A stretch of DNA of 64,000 nucleotides from contig CBDDCA010000006.1 of NCBI GenBank assembly GCA_965226055.1, positions 672,001 through 736,000 of the forward strand. Reading direction: 5' to 3'. Position 1 is the first letter of the stretch. Each line of letters opens with the position of its first letter. The translations under genes were made by a program, and so were the position numbers. The notes beneath the pieces are model-generated. The model had not been told where the DNA came from. It did not search any database and saw nothing but the letters and a program-made list of their open reading frames with translations. Below, piece after piece: positions 31,583 to 42,313 of this stretch. This DNA comes from Spirochaetia bacterium (lineage in GTDB: Bacteria > Spirochaetota > Spirochaetia > WTKD01 > G963693115).

Positions 31583-32772
31583 ATGTTTACCGCAAGAAAA
31601 GAAATACCTATAAATGTTCCTATGGAACTTCCTATTGAGCTTGCTAAAATTACCAGCAATATTCTGCTTACTCTGTTTTTATAGAGAGATTTTATTGATA
31701 GCTTTAACTCTTGTAACTCAGCAATATCTCGCCCTGTAGGCTTTCGAAACATAGTTTCTGATATGCCTGTAAACATGCCTACCCCTATTAAGGGGCTTAA
31801 TGAAGTGATAGGGGCAGCGAGAAAGCTCACTATTATTGTTATAGGATGTGCTAAAGCTACTAAAGAAACAGCGGCACTTGCTATTCCATTTATCATCCAC
31901 CATGCTAGTATGTTTTGTCCTACTTGTTGCCAGCCACTGTTTATAAAGCTATATACAAATAAAGCTATAATGCCTGCAGGTACAAGTAATGTAAGCCATG
32001 TAAATCGTTTTTTAGGGGGAATATACTCTAACTGTTGTATACGTTCGTTGGTATGGACATGCTCTTTCTTCTGTTCAAGCTGTTTTCGAATACCTTGTAT
32101 ATGTGCTGCTCCAAACACTCCTAGTATTTTTTTTCCTGTAGCATTACGCAGTTTGGTAGCCATATACTCGTCTCGTTCATCAAGTAATACTGTTTTTAAT
32201 TGTGGCAAAATGGTAGAAAGCTCTTGTAGTACATTTCCTTCTAAAGATTTATCTTTTAGTTCGTTGAGTTCTTCAATGCTAATGCTCTTTTTTGAAAATA
32301 CTACACTTAACAAAGCCATAATAATTTTTTGTTTGCCCCATAGACTTGAACATCGCCATGCTCTTCTAAGAGTGATAGCCACGGGTCTATCAACAAGTAT
32401 CACTTGTTTTCCTAGCTCTTCACTTTTTTTTACGGCAGTAATCATTTCACTTCCCGGAAGAGTATCTACATGCTCTCCTAGTTTGCGCTGAAAGGATGAC
32501 AGTATAATGCTTGTCAGTAATAAGAAACTTTTTCCTTCTTTAATAATCTTAAAAAGATTAAGATCCATCCATTTTTCAGAATCTTTTTGTAACACTCTAG
32601 CGAGCCTTTCTTGATCAAGCTCTACCGCAACAACATCAGGGTCTACCTGTTTTATTGTATCAATAACTTCTTCGACACTTTCTTGTGAAATATGAGCAGT
32701 GCCAAGAAGGTAATATGTTTTTTGTTCAAGAGAAACTTCAATAATTGTATCAGACATAGTAACTTTTTTCAT
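31579..32772 (-). CDS. TraB/GumN (PrgY-like pheromone shutdown) family protein
   Basis: LLGTAHIS..S, PDVVAVELD..R, PGSEM, DR....TL.R, L.DERD.YM, GAAH..GI, C-terminal TMs with AP.TSL.P. Confidence 0.88.
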   Translation of the reverse strand: MKKVTMSDTIIEVSLEQKTYYLLGTAHISQESVEEVIDTIKQVDPDVVAVELDQERLARVLQKDSEKWMDLNLFKIIKEGKSFLLLTSIILSSFQRKLGEHVDTLPGSEMITAVKKSEELGKQVILVDRPVAITLRRAWRCSSLWGKQKIIMALLSVVFSKKSISIEELNELKDKSLEGNVLQELSTILPQLKTVLLDERDEYMATKLRNATGKKILGVFGAAHIQGIRKQLEQKKEHVHTNERIQQLEYIPPKKRFTWLTLLVPAGIIALFVYSFINSGWQQVGQNILAWWMINGIASAAVSLVALAHPITIIVSFLAAPITSLSPLIGVGMFTGISETMFRKPTGRDIAELQELKLSIKSLYKNRVSRILLVILASSIGSSIGTFIGISFLAVNI

Positions 32773-32811
32773 TTTTTACTTTATTATAGTAATAAAGGCA
32801 AGCTTTGTTTT

Positions 32812-34671
32812 ATGTTAAATACCCAAAAATATTACTATATTTTTCCTGTTTTATTTATTATAACCATTCTCATCTTTCTTTTTGATGAATATAGCAAAGA
32901 AAAAACACTCAATATTCATTGGTCAGATAATTTTAAGGCAACATTTACGCTATCAGAGAGAGATGAAAAATCATTGATTGATCCCAACACATTACCAACT
33001 ATCGGATTACAGCCGCAATCAGCTACCATTAGTATTTTTTCTGTAACATTTTTGTTAGAAAAACATCATATAGTGTCCAATAAACATACTCTGTTTCTTA
33101 AGAAAGTTATTCCTAATGAAAAACAAAATGGCTTTTCTCTGTTACTCACCACTGTGAGGGATGAAGTCATAGATATAGGTATTATCTTTCACAAAGATGA
33201 CACTATTGAGGAGTACACTATTACTATAAAAAATTATTCCAATACAGACATGGTGCTTCCTTTTTCACTTATTATAGGATCTAATACAACAATTTCAAGT
33301 AATCAAATAGATATTTTTTCTCAATCGTTAAATACCTATCTCACCGTATCTCCAAATATTGAAATTAAAGAAAATAGTTTTCATGTACAATCATCAAATG
33401 GCATTATACGAATAAGCAATAAAAAAGATAACAAAATGTTTAATACTACTGCCATAGATATGGATGCTGTACAAGCTCCTCCTGTATCTCTTGAACTGGC
33501 AATACAAGAGTACATAGATAAATCATACTATGCATGGATATTTTCGCGTTATCAAAGATCTACGGGAATGTGGCGGTATCCTCATTCAATATATACTTTC
33601 AATGAAGACGCTCTGGTAGCTACATATTCAGAAGCAGTGCAACGTAATGAGCTTGCTCAGCATAAACTATTTCTTGAACGTATAGCTTTGTTACATACCC
33701 CGCATCTTTCTTGGAAAAGTTTACCAATACGTGGCACTAATACTATAGGCATACATACTATACCTGCCTCCACTCATCTTATACATACATTACAAGATAA
33801 AAATCAAGAAATGCTAGAAACATATTTGCTAGACTATTCTTTTCTTCAACATGCATATACTTTTTATCAGGACGATATAAAAGCTATGATATTACAAGCG
33901 TTGAAATCAATGTCGTATGTGCATTGTAGTCCTGAGTTAGCTGCATCATTGCTATATCAATCTCATAGCTCTTTATGGCAAGAAGCGAATACGATCATTC
34001 AAAGTAATAAGGATATTCTCACTCTTATTGTACTCAATAATTTTGTCTCTGTATATAACACTATCAATGATGATATATCTCTTACGCTAAAAAAAAGTAG
34101 TGCTCTTGATAATGAAAATATAGTATTCCTTTTATCTAATTCAAACAATCAGCTAGACAGTATAGCTACTTTGCTTGGAGCAAAGTATTTTGTAACTCAA
34201 AAGGAACAATCATTAGTACAGTTTGGAACAAAACTTATGTATGATATGTTAGCACAATCTGACGATACAGGGTTTCTTCCACGCTGGTTTATAGTAAACA
34301 AAGATACTATTGTGCCATCAGGATATATTGCTCCTGAATCAATATATTCCTTGCTGAAAGGAAACAAATATTATCCTCATATTTCTATTGATACATCATT
34401 ACGTATTCTCTCTGTTGTTCCTATATCCTATACATATCAAAATAATCGTCTGGTACTCTCTGCTCCTACTATAGCCCCAAATATTACTACCTATCTTTTT
34501 ATATGGAACATACGATCTCCTGCACGTATTGTTGCTTTTGATGCAGTATGGAAAGGAAACTACAATCTTGATGGATTGTTGCGCGGTGTACAATATAATG
34601 CAAATACACACACTATTATGATTAAAAATAAAAGTAAAAACAAACAAGAAACAATTAGGATACAATATTAA
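32812..34671 (+). CDS. Hypothetical protein with N-terminal membrane anchor
   Basis: Long ORF; ATG 32812 avoids overlap with the divergent traB-like gene; hydrophobic N-terminus YIFPVLFIITILIFLF. Confidence 0.7.
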   Translation: MLNTQKYYYIFPVLFIITILIFLFDEYSKEKTLNIHWSDNFKATFTLSERDEKSLIDPNTLPTIGLQPQSATISIFSVTFLLEKHHIVSNKHTLFLKKVIPNEKQNGFSLLLTTVRDEVIDIGIIFHKDDTIEEYTITIKNYSNTDMVLPFSLIIGSNTTISSNQIDIFSQSLNTYLTVSPNIEIKENSFHVQSSNGIIRISNKKDNKMFNTTAIDMDAVQAPPVSLELAIQEYIDKSYYAWIFSRYQRSTGMWRYPHSIYTFNEDALVATYSEAVQRNELAQHKLFLERIALLHTPHLSWKSLPIRGTNTIGIHTIPASTHLIHTLQDKNQEMLETYLLDYSFLQHAYTFYQDDIKAMILQALKSMSYVHCSPELAASLLYQSHSSLWQEANTIIQSNKDILTLIVLNNFVSVYNTINDDISLTLKKSSALDNENIVFLLSNSNNQLDSIATLLGAKYFVTQKEQSLVQFGTKLMYDMLAQSDDTGFLPRWFIVNKDTIVPSGYIAPESIYSLLKGNKYYPHISIDTSLRILSVVPISYTYQNNRLVLSAPTIAPNITTYLFIWNIRSPARIVAFDAVWKGNYNLDGLLRGVQYNANTHTIMIKNKSKNKQETIRIQY

Positions 34672-34679
34672 GTAATACT

Positions 34680-35363
34680 ATGATACATATTTTACAACAA
34701 TTTGATACACAAAAGAATATTTATTTTGTCAGGCACGCAGAATCAGAATTCAATAAGTCGGGTGTTATTGCAGGAAGAATAGAATGTTTGCTTACGGATG
34801 AAGGCAAACAGCAAGCACAAAAAACGGCAGAGTGGTTTAAGGATAAAGATATTGCGTATACTCTTCATTCGCCTCAAACAAGAGCAAAAGAAACAGCGCA
34901 TATAATACATCGTGTTGCGGCTCCATCATCTCCTATTGAAACATATGATGATTTATGGGAAATTTCTGCAGGTATATTTGAGGGACTTACGAGAGAAGAA
35001 CTACACAAAAAACATGCAGACATTACTCCATTGTTTTTACAAAAAAGCTGGGAAGCAGTCGATAAAGCTGAAACTATTAGTGAACTATTACAAAGAGCCA
35101 AACGGGTATGGAATAAAATAGTTACTGTACTCCAAACAGATACTATACAGAATCTTCTTGTAGTATCTCATGGAGGCTTTATGCAATGGCTTTTTAAGAC
35201 AGTGTACGGTTTTTCTGGTACCCATGTTGAGTCGTGGGCACCTATCCTTAAAATCTCTAATTGTGGTATTTTTCATCTAAAAATAGAACCTGCTATTGAT
35301 GCCAATAATACTGTGTTGGGAGCTCACGCAACATGGAAACACATGAATACTATTGCGTATTAA
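34680..35363 (+). CDS. Histidine phosphatase family protein
   Basis: FVRHAES.FN, LT..G..QA, SP..RA.ET, E...G..EG, VVSHGG, N.G. Confidence 0.88.
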   Translation: MIHILQQFDTQKNIYFVRHAESEFNKSGVIAGRIECLLTDEGKQQAQKTAEWFKDKDIAYTLHSPQTRAKETAHIIHRVAAPSSPIETYDDLWEISAGIFEGLTREELHKKHADITPLFLQKSWEAVDKAETISELLQRAKRVWNKIVTVLQTDTIQNLLVVSHGGFMQWLFKTVYGFSGTHVESWAPILKISNCGIFHLKIEPAIDANNTVLGAHATWKHMNTIAY

Positions 35364-35446
35364 ATGATATTAAAATATATGAATACAGTAATGATAGGCA
35401 CTTATATGCCTTACGTTACTAGCACAATACATTTGTTTATAGCATA

Positions 35447-36646
35447 CTAGCTCATCAGCCATGCAAATAATAGTCCTGTTCCTGCCCCTAACACTTCTAT
35501 GCTGGTAAGGATGTTTCCCATAATGGTATCCATCATAACAGAAATATCTTGAGATTTCATGTTTTCTATTGTCTTTTGAATAGTATTTCCCAGCAACTCA
35601 GGAACTATCCTCTGAAATTGTTGTAAAGTAAGACTTGTATGGAGTATCTGTTGTATCATTATTAATACAGTATCAATAAGCACATCGCGTACTCGTTCTA
35701 GCTCATTGTCTGGGATATTTTTTAATACATTTTGTAATTTTTGCATCATTTTAGGAAGCATGGTCTCAACAGAAGGGTTGCTTAAAATAGTATTCTTATA
35801 TGTCTCAAACTTTTCACGATTCATATTTTGTACTAATTCTTTGAATTTTTCTATTGCACCGTATATTGTATCACGTATTTTATCGTCAACACCGAGAACT
35901 TGTCTTCCTAATTTTTGAAAAATATTTCCTGTTTCATCTCTCTCAAGCTCTTTTTCTAGTAATTCTTTAATATATGTTTCAATTTGTGGCATAAATTCAT
36001 TAAGAAACTCTGTTGTTACTTCATATGAAAAAATATCAGACACAACTTGTTTAATGGTATTACTATTTATATTGAATGTGTCCATGAGATATGAGCTGAA
36101 ACTTCTTATTGTATCAGGTGTCAAAAAACGGATAATAGCACCTTCTTGTTTTTTTGTTAATTCTCTTTCTTTCTCTATCCACTCTGATAGTTTTGTTTTT
36201 ATATCTTCAAATGTTTTTTCTTCTTTTAATAAAGACTTAAATTCACTATCAAATTGATTTGCAATATTTTTTTGCATAATAGGAATAACAATATGTAATA
36301 TCACCACTGTTACCAATGCGTTTGTTATAAACCCAATATATGCTCCAAGCCATACAATATGCGAATATTCTCTAAACAAGAGCACCCATGCTCCTAATCC
36401 AAACGATATGATAAGCCTTATAAGCCAACGTATCTTGCTTACTTTTGAAGCTTTTTTTAGTGTGGGATGGTTTCTCCGTGCATTCCATGCACAAAACTCT
36501 TCAATTACAAAGAACAAGAGAAATATACACATCATGGGTATTATGAAGCTATCAGTGATAAAGGCTTTGATGCCCAACAATAGAGTGAGGTATACTACCA
36601 CTACTATAACTCTGGGATTTTTTACAATAGTTGCTAATTGTGTCAT
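35447..36646 (-). CDS. Membrane protein, DUF445-like
   Basis: N-terminal TMs, [11 protein letters not shown] motif, long helical body, C-terminal L..IEVLGA..GLL. Confidence 0.6.
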   Translation of the reverse strand: MTQLATIVKNPRVIVVVVYLTLLLGIKAFITDSFIIPMMCIFLLFFVIEEFCAWNARRNHPTLKKASKVSKIRWLIRLIISFGLGAWVLLFREYSHIVWLGAYIGFITNALVTVVILHIVIPIMQKNIANQFDSEFKSLLKEEKTFEDIKTKLSEWIEKERELTKKQEGAIIRFLTPDTIRSFSSYLMDTFNINSNTIKQVVSDIFSYEVTTEFLNEFMPQIETYIKELLEKELERDETGNIFQKLGRQVLGVDDKIRDTIYGAIEKFKELVQNMNREKFETYKNTILSNPSVETMLPKMMQKLQNVLKNIPDNELERVRDVLIDTVLIMIQQILHTSLTLQQFQRIVPELLGNTIQKTIENMKSQDISVMMDTIMGNILTSIEVLGAGTGLLFAWLMS

Positions 36647-36691
36647 TATGGTATCCTTGCGATAATGTTTCTATTAGTATACCATATAAGT

Positions 36692-37783
36692 ATGACATAT
36701 TCTTTAGCAGTGCTTTCCGGAGATGGAATTGGTCCGGAGGTTATGGAAGAAACTCTTGCTTTGCTTCCTATTATAGAAAAAAAATATTCAATTATGTTTA
36801 CGTATGAAAAGGCACTTGTTGGTGGCATAGCCATTGATACTCATGGTAGTGCTCTTCCTCAAGAAACTTTGGAAGTATGCAACAATGCACATGCTATTCT
36901 CTTTGGATCTGTTGGGGGGCCGAAATGGGAATCTTTTCCTGTGCAACAACAACCAGAACGTGCTGCACTGTTACCTCTGAGAAAGCATTTTGAATTGTTT
37001 GCTAATTTACGTCCTGCACTTTTGTTTAAGGAACTCACAGAGGCGTCTCCCTTAAAGAAAAGAATTATTGAACATGCATTTGATGTGCTAGTGGTACGAG
37101 AGCTTACTGGTGGTATTTATTTTGGTTCTCCAAAACAGAAGACAGATACAATGGGGCTTGATACTATGATATATCATGACTATGAAATTGAACGTATAGC
37201 TGTTTTGGCATTTGAGTTGGCACGATTAAGAAACAAAAAAGTATGTTCTATTGATAAATCAAATGTTCTTAACAGTATGGTACTATGGCGCGATGTTGTC
37301 ACAAAAGTATCACAGAAATTTCCTGATATACAGCTACAGCACATGTATGTCGATAACGCAGCAATGCAGCTTGTGGCAAATCCTAGTCAGTTTGATGTAC
37401 TACTATGTCCTAACTTATTTGGTGATATACTATCTGATGAGGCTTCTATGATTACTGGTTCTCTTGGAATGCTTGCAAGTGCAAGTCTTGGTACAAAAAA
37501 AAGTGCCGAAGGGTTTCAGTTTGGTATGTACGAGCCAGCAGGTGGCTCGGCTCCTGATATTGCAGGAAAAGGGATAGCAAACCCTATTGCTCAAATATTG
37601 TCGCTTGCTATGCTCTGTAAGTATAGCTTTGGGCTAACAGCAATTCATGATGATATTGTTTCTGCTATCAATGCTACTCTTGCGAAAGGGTACAGGACAA
37701 AAGATATAGTAAGTGAACATAGTATTGAAGTAAGCACGCAAGAAATGGGAAAACAGATAGCTCACTACTTAACGCAGAAGTAA
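36692..37783 (+). CDS. leuB: 3-isopropylmalate dehydrogenase
   Basis: [19 protein letters not shown]...[50 protein letters not shown]; start ATG 36692. Confidence 0.95.
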   Translation: MTYSLAVLSGDGIGPEVMEETLALLPIIEKKYSIMFTYEKALVGGIAIDTHGSALPQETLEVCNNAHAILFGSVGGPKWESFPVQQQPERAALLPLRKHFELFANLRPALLFKELTEASPLKKRIIEHAFDVLVVRELTGGIYFGSPKQKTDTMGLDTMIYHDYEIERIAVLAFELARLRNKKVCSIDKSNVLNSMVLWRDVVTKVSQKFPDIQLQHMYVDNAAMQLVANPSQFDVLLCPNLFGDILSDEASMITGSLGMLASASLGTKKSAEGFQFGMYEPAGGSAPDIAGKGIANPIAQILSLAMLCKYSFGLTAIHDDIVSAINATLAKGYRTKDIVSEHSIEVSTQEMGKQIAHYLTQK

Positions 37784-37852
37784 CAGTATGTATCTATAGG
37801 GTCTATAGTATCAAGGGAGCAGTATATATACCTATCATAGCATTGATGCAGT

Positions 37853-38440
37853 ATGTCGCGTAGTTATAGTCATAAAGAATATTTTACAAAAAGAGCAAAA
37901 AACGAAGGATATTCAGCTCGTTCGGTGTATAAATTACAAGAGATACATAAAAAATATCTTTCTCTCCATACCTGTAAATGTATTTTAGATATAGGTGCTG
38001 CACCAGGCTCTTGGTGTCAGTATTTACAAAAACATGTTTCAGCTCAGGCAAAAATAGTTGCAGTGGATCTTCAACCATTATCTGCATCTTTTATGTCAAC
38101 TCCAACTATACATTTCATTCAAGGAGATTTTATGCATCCAGATATTGTACGCCATGTTCAAGACTATGGACCCTACGATATAATAGTCAGCGATGCAGCT
38201 CCTAACACAAGTGGTGTTAAATCCTTAGATCATGCACGTAGTGAAGAGATAGTATTGCAGGGTATTACGATAGCACAAGAAAATCTTACTCATAATGGGC
38301 AACTTGTCATGAAAATCTTTCAAGGTTCGGGACTCAATGATATTATTACATTACTACGAAAACGATTTTCATGTATCCATCAGTTTAGACCAAAAGCAGT
38401 TCGCACACAATCAGTGGAGAAGTTTATTGTGTGTCGATGA
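37853..38440 (+). CDS. rlmE: 23S rRNA Um2552 methyltransferase RlmE (FtsJ)
   Basis: GY.ARSVYKL.EI, LDIGAAPGSW.Q, VDLQ, SDAAPNTSG, K.FQG, PKA.R..S.E. Confidence 0.92.
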   Translation: MSRSYSHKEYFTKRAKNEGYSARSVYKLQEIHKKYLSLHTCKCILDIGAAPGSWCQYLQKHVSAQAKIVAVDLQPLSASFMSTPTIHFIQGDFMHPDIVRHVQDYGPYDIIVSDAAPNTSGVKSLDHARSEEIVLQGITIAQENLTHNGQLVMKIFQGSGLNDIITLLRKRFSCIHQFRPKAVRTQSVEKFIVCR

Positions 38441-39391
38441 TTTTTTTTGAATAATATCTTTGACAGACACATACTCCCCATTTTTTTCTTCACTTAAATA
38501 TAAAAGGTTATCAAAACTTATTTGTGAAATATCCTTAAAATTTGATTCTAGGCTTATAATGGACTCCGATGATTGTCGTATTGATATAATAAGCTCATAC
38601 AATTTTTTAGTACTAAAAAAATCAGGAGACAGAAAAAATATATGTTGTTGTTCAAATACTGTTTCAGGGCTGTACTCTATGCTTTTTTCTAATAAAAATG
38701 ATTCTATATGTTTTTCATTTGTTTTTTTTATGGAATTAAGAAAATTTCTTACTCCAAATCGTAGCCCAAGTTTATTTTTATATAAGGAACGTGAAATTGC
38801 CAGAAAGTTACCAAATCGTTCTGATATATTTGGATCTGAGGTAAATCTATGCGGTTTTAAGGAAGAAATACGAGAATAATCATACATGCGTGTTTTTAGT
38901 TTTGGAACAATGCTTGCATCAAGTTTTATTCCAATGAAATAGTACGCTTCTAATAGATAGGAGAATGGTTGTAGCTTACTGTTCATAATCCGTATAGCAT
39001 TTACATTTTCTGTATTTGTAACTGTATTTTTTGTATTAAATGGAGATAAAATATATTTAGCAATGGCAAAAATATCTAAAATTCTTTCTTTGTCAAGTGC
39101 GTGTATGTCTTGTGTAAACTCCCATTCTAGGTTCAGAAAAAATTCCATGCTCACTCCTAATTCATAGAGCTGTAATAGCTCATCATAAATTTCACGATAG
39201 GAATCAGCGTATTTGTTTCGTAAAAACATCATCATTAGCACATCAACAAAAAAAGTTACTTGTATGTCTGGCATAGCTGATAAAGTAATACGTAACTTTC
39301 TTAAGCTGTTTGCTATGGCATTATAATATATGTTAGTGAGATGTTTACTTAAGGTAAAATTAATTGAGTAAAAATATACTTTCTTTTTCAT
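38411..39391 (-). CDS. Hypothetical protein, possibly a degenerate polysaccharide-deacetylase (NodB/CE4)-like fold
   Basis: TFFVD, LQPF, GI..DAS..P, YDYS, P.RF..DP....G.F segments resemble a CE4 family, but the metal-binding His residues are absent; directly downstream of dnaA. Confidence 0.5.
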   Translation of the reverse strand: MKKKVYFYSINFTLSKHLTNIYYNAIANSLRKLRITLSAMPDIQVTFFVDVLMMMFLRNKYADSYREIYDELLQLYELGVSMEFFLNLEWEFTQDIHALDKERILDIFAIAKYILSPFNTKNTVTNTENVNAIRIMNSKLQPFSYLLEAYYFIGIKLDASIVPKLKTRMYDYSRISSLKPHRFTSDPNISERFGNFLAISRSLYKNKLGLRFGVRNFLNSIKKTNEKHIESFLLEKSIEYSPETVFEQQHIFFLSPDFFSTKKLYELIISIRQSSESIISLESNFKDISQISFDNLLYLSEEKNGEYVSVKDIIQKKSSTHNKLLH

Positions 39392-39435
39392 AATAACATG
39401 CTTTTTTACTGTAATATGTGTTTTAGCTATTACCG

Positions 39436-40836
39436 TTACTCAAAAATAGCCACGTTCAATATGTTTATTTGTTCTTGCAGTACTTCATTTGTTCCTAACA
39501 ATAATTCTTCTTCAATAGCTTGTACTGCATTCATGCTAGAAGGATGTGAAACTCTCAGCATATGGGCAATACTCTCATAGGTGAGATCGGTATGTTCTCG
39601 CAGTAAGTAGGTGGCGATTCTCCTTGCTTTTGTTATAGGTTTGTTACGTTTTCCGCTTTTTAAGTCAGAAATTCCTAGCTCAAAAAAGTTTGCTACTTCT
39701 TGTAATATTTTTTTTGCAAGATTTTCTTTTCCTTGTTTGTTGGGTTGAACATCAAGTGCCCAGTTTCTTATCATATCAAGAGTAACAATTTTTGCTGTAA
39801 TTTTTGAATATCCAATAACTCTATTTAAGAAGCCTAGCATATCTCGAATATTATTTCTTAAACGCGAGCTGATATATTCTATCACTTCCGAAGCGATGAA
39901 AGACTGAGCATGCTGTAATTCTAATGAACGTATAAGAATTCCCATTGCAGTTTCTGGTGTTGGCGGCTGAAGATCTACACTCATTCCACTCTGAAAGCGA
40001 CTGAGAAGACGTTCTTCTATGTCTTTGATGTGAACTAAGGCTCTATCACTTGAAAATACCATCTGCTTAAAAGAGTGGCTTAATGCATTAAAAGTATGAA
40101 ACAGCTCATCCTGTGTTCCATCTTTTCCTGATAAAAACTGTATATCATCAATTAAAAGTAAATCTAATTTTCGATATTTATTTCTAAAATTTGTCATTTG
40201 ATCGTGTCTTGAACAAAACACAAAATCGTTCATAAAATTTTCTGCGGAAATATATTTAATATACATTTTAGGAAAACGCATACTTACTTCATTTGCAATA
40301 GCTTGTAATAAATGAGTTTTTCCTAACCCTACTTTTCCGTAGATAAGACAAGGATTATAGCTTGTTTTGCCGGGATTATGTGCAATAGCTTTTGCTACAC
40401 TAGAAGCAAAATCGTTAGAAGGACCTACAATAAAATTTTCAAAAGAGAAACTTTTTGTAAGTGATGATTCTCCAGGATGCTTCTTTTCGGTAGATTCTGA
40501 TACTTGCTTTTTTGTTTCCTTTTGTTGTATTTCATGTTTTACTGTATGTTCGTTTGCTTCATTGTTGTGTGCAGAATCTTCAAGATCAAGTACATTGGTA
40601 GTGGTGTCAACTTTTATAAGTATGTCCTCAATATTTCCCCATACTTCTCTTGCAACAGAAAGTAATGTTTCCTTTTCTTGTTCTATTATTTTTCGAAATA
40701 TCTCAGAAGGAATGGTGCATACAAGAGTATCATGTACTATTTCATGTACTCGTAAAAAAGAAAAAGTAGCAACAAATTTCTTTCCTGCCTTTTGCTTTAA
40801 GTTTTCATAAAAAATTTTGTTTTGTGAATGCGACAT
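39436..40836 (-). CDS. dnaA: Chromosomal replication initiator DnaA (divergent domain IV)
   Basis: F.NFIVG.SN.FA, YNP.LIYG.VGLGKTHLL, LLLIDDIQFL.GK..TQ.ELFHTFN, RL.SRF..G, NIR. Confidence 0.93.
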   Translation of the reverse strand: MSHSQNKIFYENLKQKAGKKFVATFSFLRVHEIVHDTLVCTIPSEIFRKIIEQEKETLLSVAREVWGNIEDILIKVDTTTNVLDLEDSAHNNEANEHTVKHEIQQKETKKQVSESTEKKHPGESSLTKSFSFENFIVGPSNDFASSVAKAIAHNPGKTSYNPCLIYGKVGLGKTHLLQAIANEVSMRFPKMYIKYISAENFMNDFVFCSRHDQMTNFRNKYRKLDLLLIDDIQFLSGKDGTQDELFHTFNALSHSFKQMVFSSDRALVHIKDIEERLLSRFQSGMSVDLQPPTPETAMGILIRSLELQHAQSFIASEVIEYISSRLRNNIRDMLGFLNRVIGYSKITAKIVTLDMIRNWALDVQPNKQGKENLAKKILQEVANFFELGISDLKSGKRNKPITKARRIATYLLREHTDLTYESIAHMLRVSHPSSMNAVQAIEEELLLGTNEVLQEQINILNVAIFE

Positions 40837-40994
40837 TATATTCTATTGATACCAAGTTAGATATTACCTATTATAACAAAAACAGGTATTTTCAGTATAT
40901 ATCAGGAGTAATGTGCTTTTTATTATTATAGTACACATTATTGGCGTTAATATAAACAAACTTATTTTATGATAAAGTGTATAATAAATATATA

Positions 40995-42302
40995 ATGCAT
41001 ACTATTACTATTATAGAAAAGAAAAGAGATGGCCATACACTCAGTAATGAAGAGCTTTCATTTTTTCTTACAGAATACCTTCATAATAGAGTGGCAGATT
41101 ATCAAATGAGTGCTTTTCTTATGGCCGTGTTTTTGAATGGTCTGAGTAATAAAGAGCTTCATTGTTTAACAAGTGCAATGACTCAATCGGGGGATGTCAT
41201 TACTCTTCCAAAGACTCATCGATTTATTGTTGACAAGCATTCTACTGGTGGAGTAGGAGACAAAACATCTATTACCTTAGCTCCGTTACTTTCTGCATGT
41301 GGGCTTGGAGTGGCAAAACTTACTGGAAGAGGGCTTGGTCATACTGGTGGTACTATTGATAAGTTTGAGTCTATTAGTGGTTTTCGTTTTTTAGAAAATG
41401 CTTCACAAGCAAAAGAGCTGATAGAGAAAACAGGTATAGCTTTGTTAGGATATACTGACTCTCTTGTTCCTCTTGATAAAAAGCTATATACGCTACGAGA
41501 TGTTACTGCAACTGTTCCTTCCATTCCTTTGATTGCATCTTCAATTATGAGTAAGAAGCTGGCAGTATCTTCTGATGCTATTGTGCTTGATGTAAAAGTA
41601 GGAAATGGAGCTTTTATGCAAGAGACTATGCAAGCAAAAGAATTAGCACATACTATGTTAGATATTGGGAAAAACGCTGGCCGAAAGGTAGCATGTGTAT
41701 TATCAAATATGAATCAGCCTTTAGGGTACGCAATAGGAAATGCAAATGAATTTATAGAAGCAGTTGAAACATTAAAAGGAAATGGTCCACAAGACTTTGT
41801 CGATCTTGTCTGTGCTCTTGCAGGAGTATCTCTTTTGTTAGCAAACAAAGTAACATCAATAGAGGAAGGTACAATGATGGCACAGAAAAAACTACAATCG
41901 CAGGAACCTCTATCCTATTTACGTGCATTTATTGAATATCATGGAGGGAATAAGTTAGTAGTGGATGATTATAGTATACTGCCAAGTGCTAGTATACAGC
42001 ATGATGTATACTCTGATTATTCAGGGTATGTGCAAGCGATTGATACACAAAGTATTGGAACGGTGGCTATGCATTTAGGTGCAGGACGAGCATTGAAAGA
42101 GGATAGTATTGATCATGCTGCAGGTATTAATTTTAAGATAAAAAAAGGGGACTATATACAGAAAGGGGATACTATTGCCTCTTTGTATACAAATAAAGAG
42201 CAGCCTATTGAAATGGCATGTAAAATGGTAAAAAATGCTATACTATTTCAAAAAGAAAAAATAGAGAAAGATCCAATACTGTTTGATATTTTGACTAATT
42301 AG
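40995..42302 (+). CDS. pdp: Pyrimidine-nucleoside/thymidine phosphorylase
   Basis: KKRDG..LS, DYQMSA.LMA, DKHSTGGVGDK, GRGLGHTGGTIDK, RDVTATV, SIMSKK, DVKVG.GAFM; start ATG 40995. Confidence 0.93.
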   Translation: MHTITIIEKKRDGHTLSNEELSFFLTEYLHNRVADYQMSAFLMAVFLNGLSNKELHCLTSAMTQSGDVITLPKTHRFIVDKHSTGGVGDKTSITLAPLLSACGLGVAKLTGRGLGHTGGTIDKFESISGFRFLENASQAKELIEKTGIALLGYTDSLVPLDKKLYTLRDVTATVPSIPLIASSIMSKKLAVSSDAIVLDVKVGNGAFMQETMQAKELAHTMLDIGKNAGRKVACVLSNMNQPLGYAIGNANEFIEAVETLKGNGPQDFVDLVCALAGVSLLLANKVTSIEEGTMMAQKKLQSQEPLSYLRAFIEYHGGNKLVVDDYSILPSASIQHDVYSDYSGYVQAIDTQSIGTVAMHLGAGRALKEDSIDHAAGINFKIKKGDYIQKGDTIASLYTNKEQPIEMACKMVKNAILFQKEKIEKDPILFDILTN

Positions 42303-42313
42303 GAGGAATAATT

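Noticed and set aside
31763-32491. 242-aa + strand ORF
   Set aside because: Entirely antisense to the well-supported TraB-family gene
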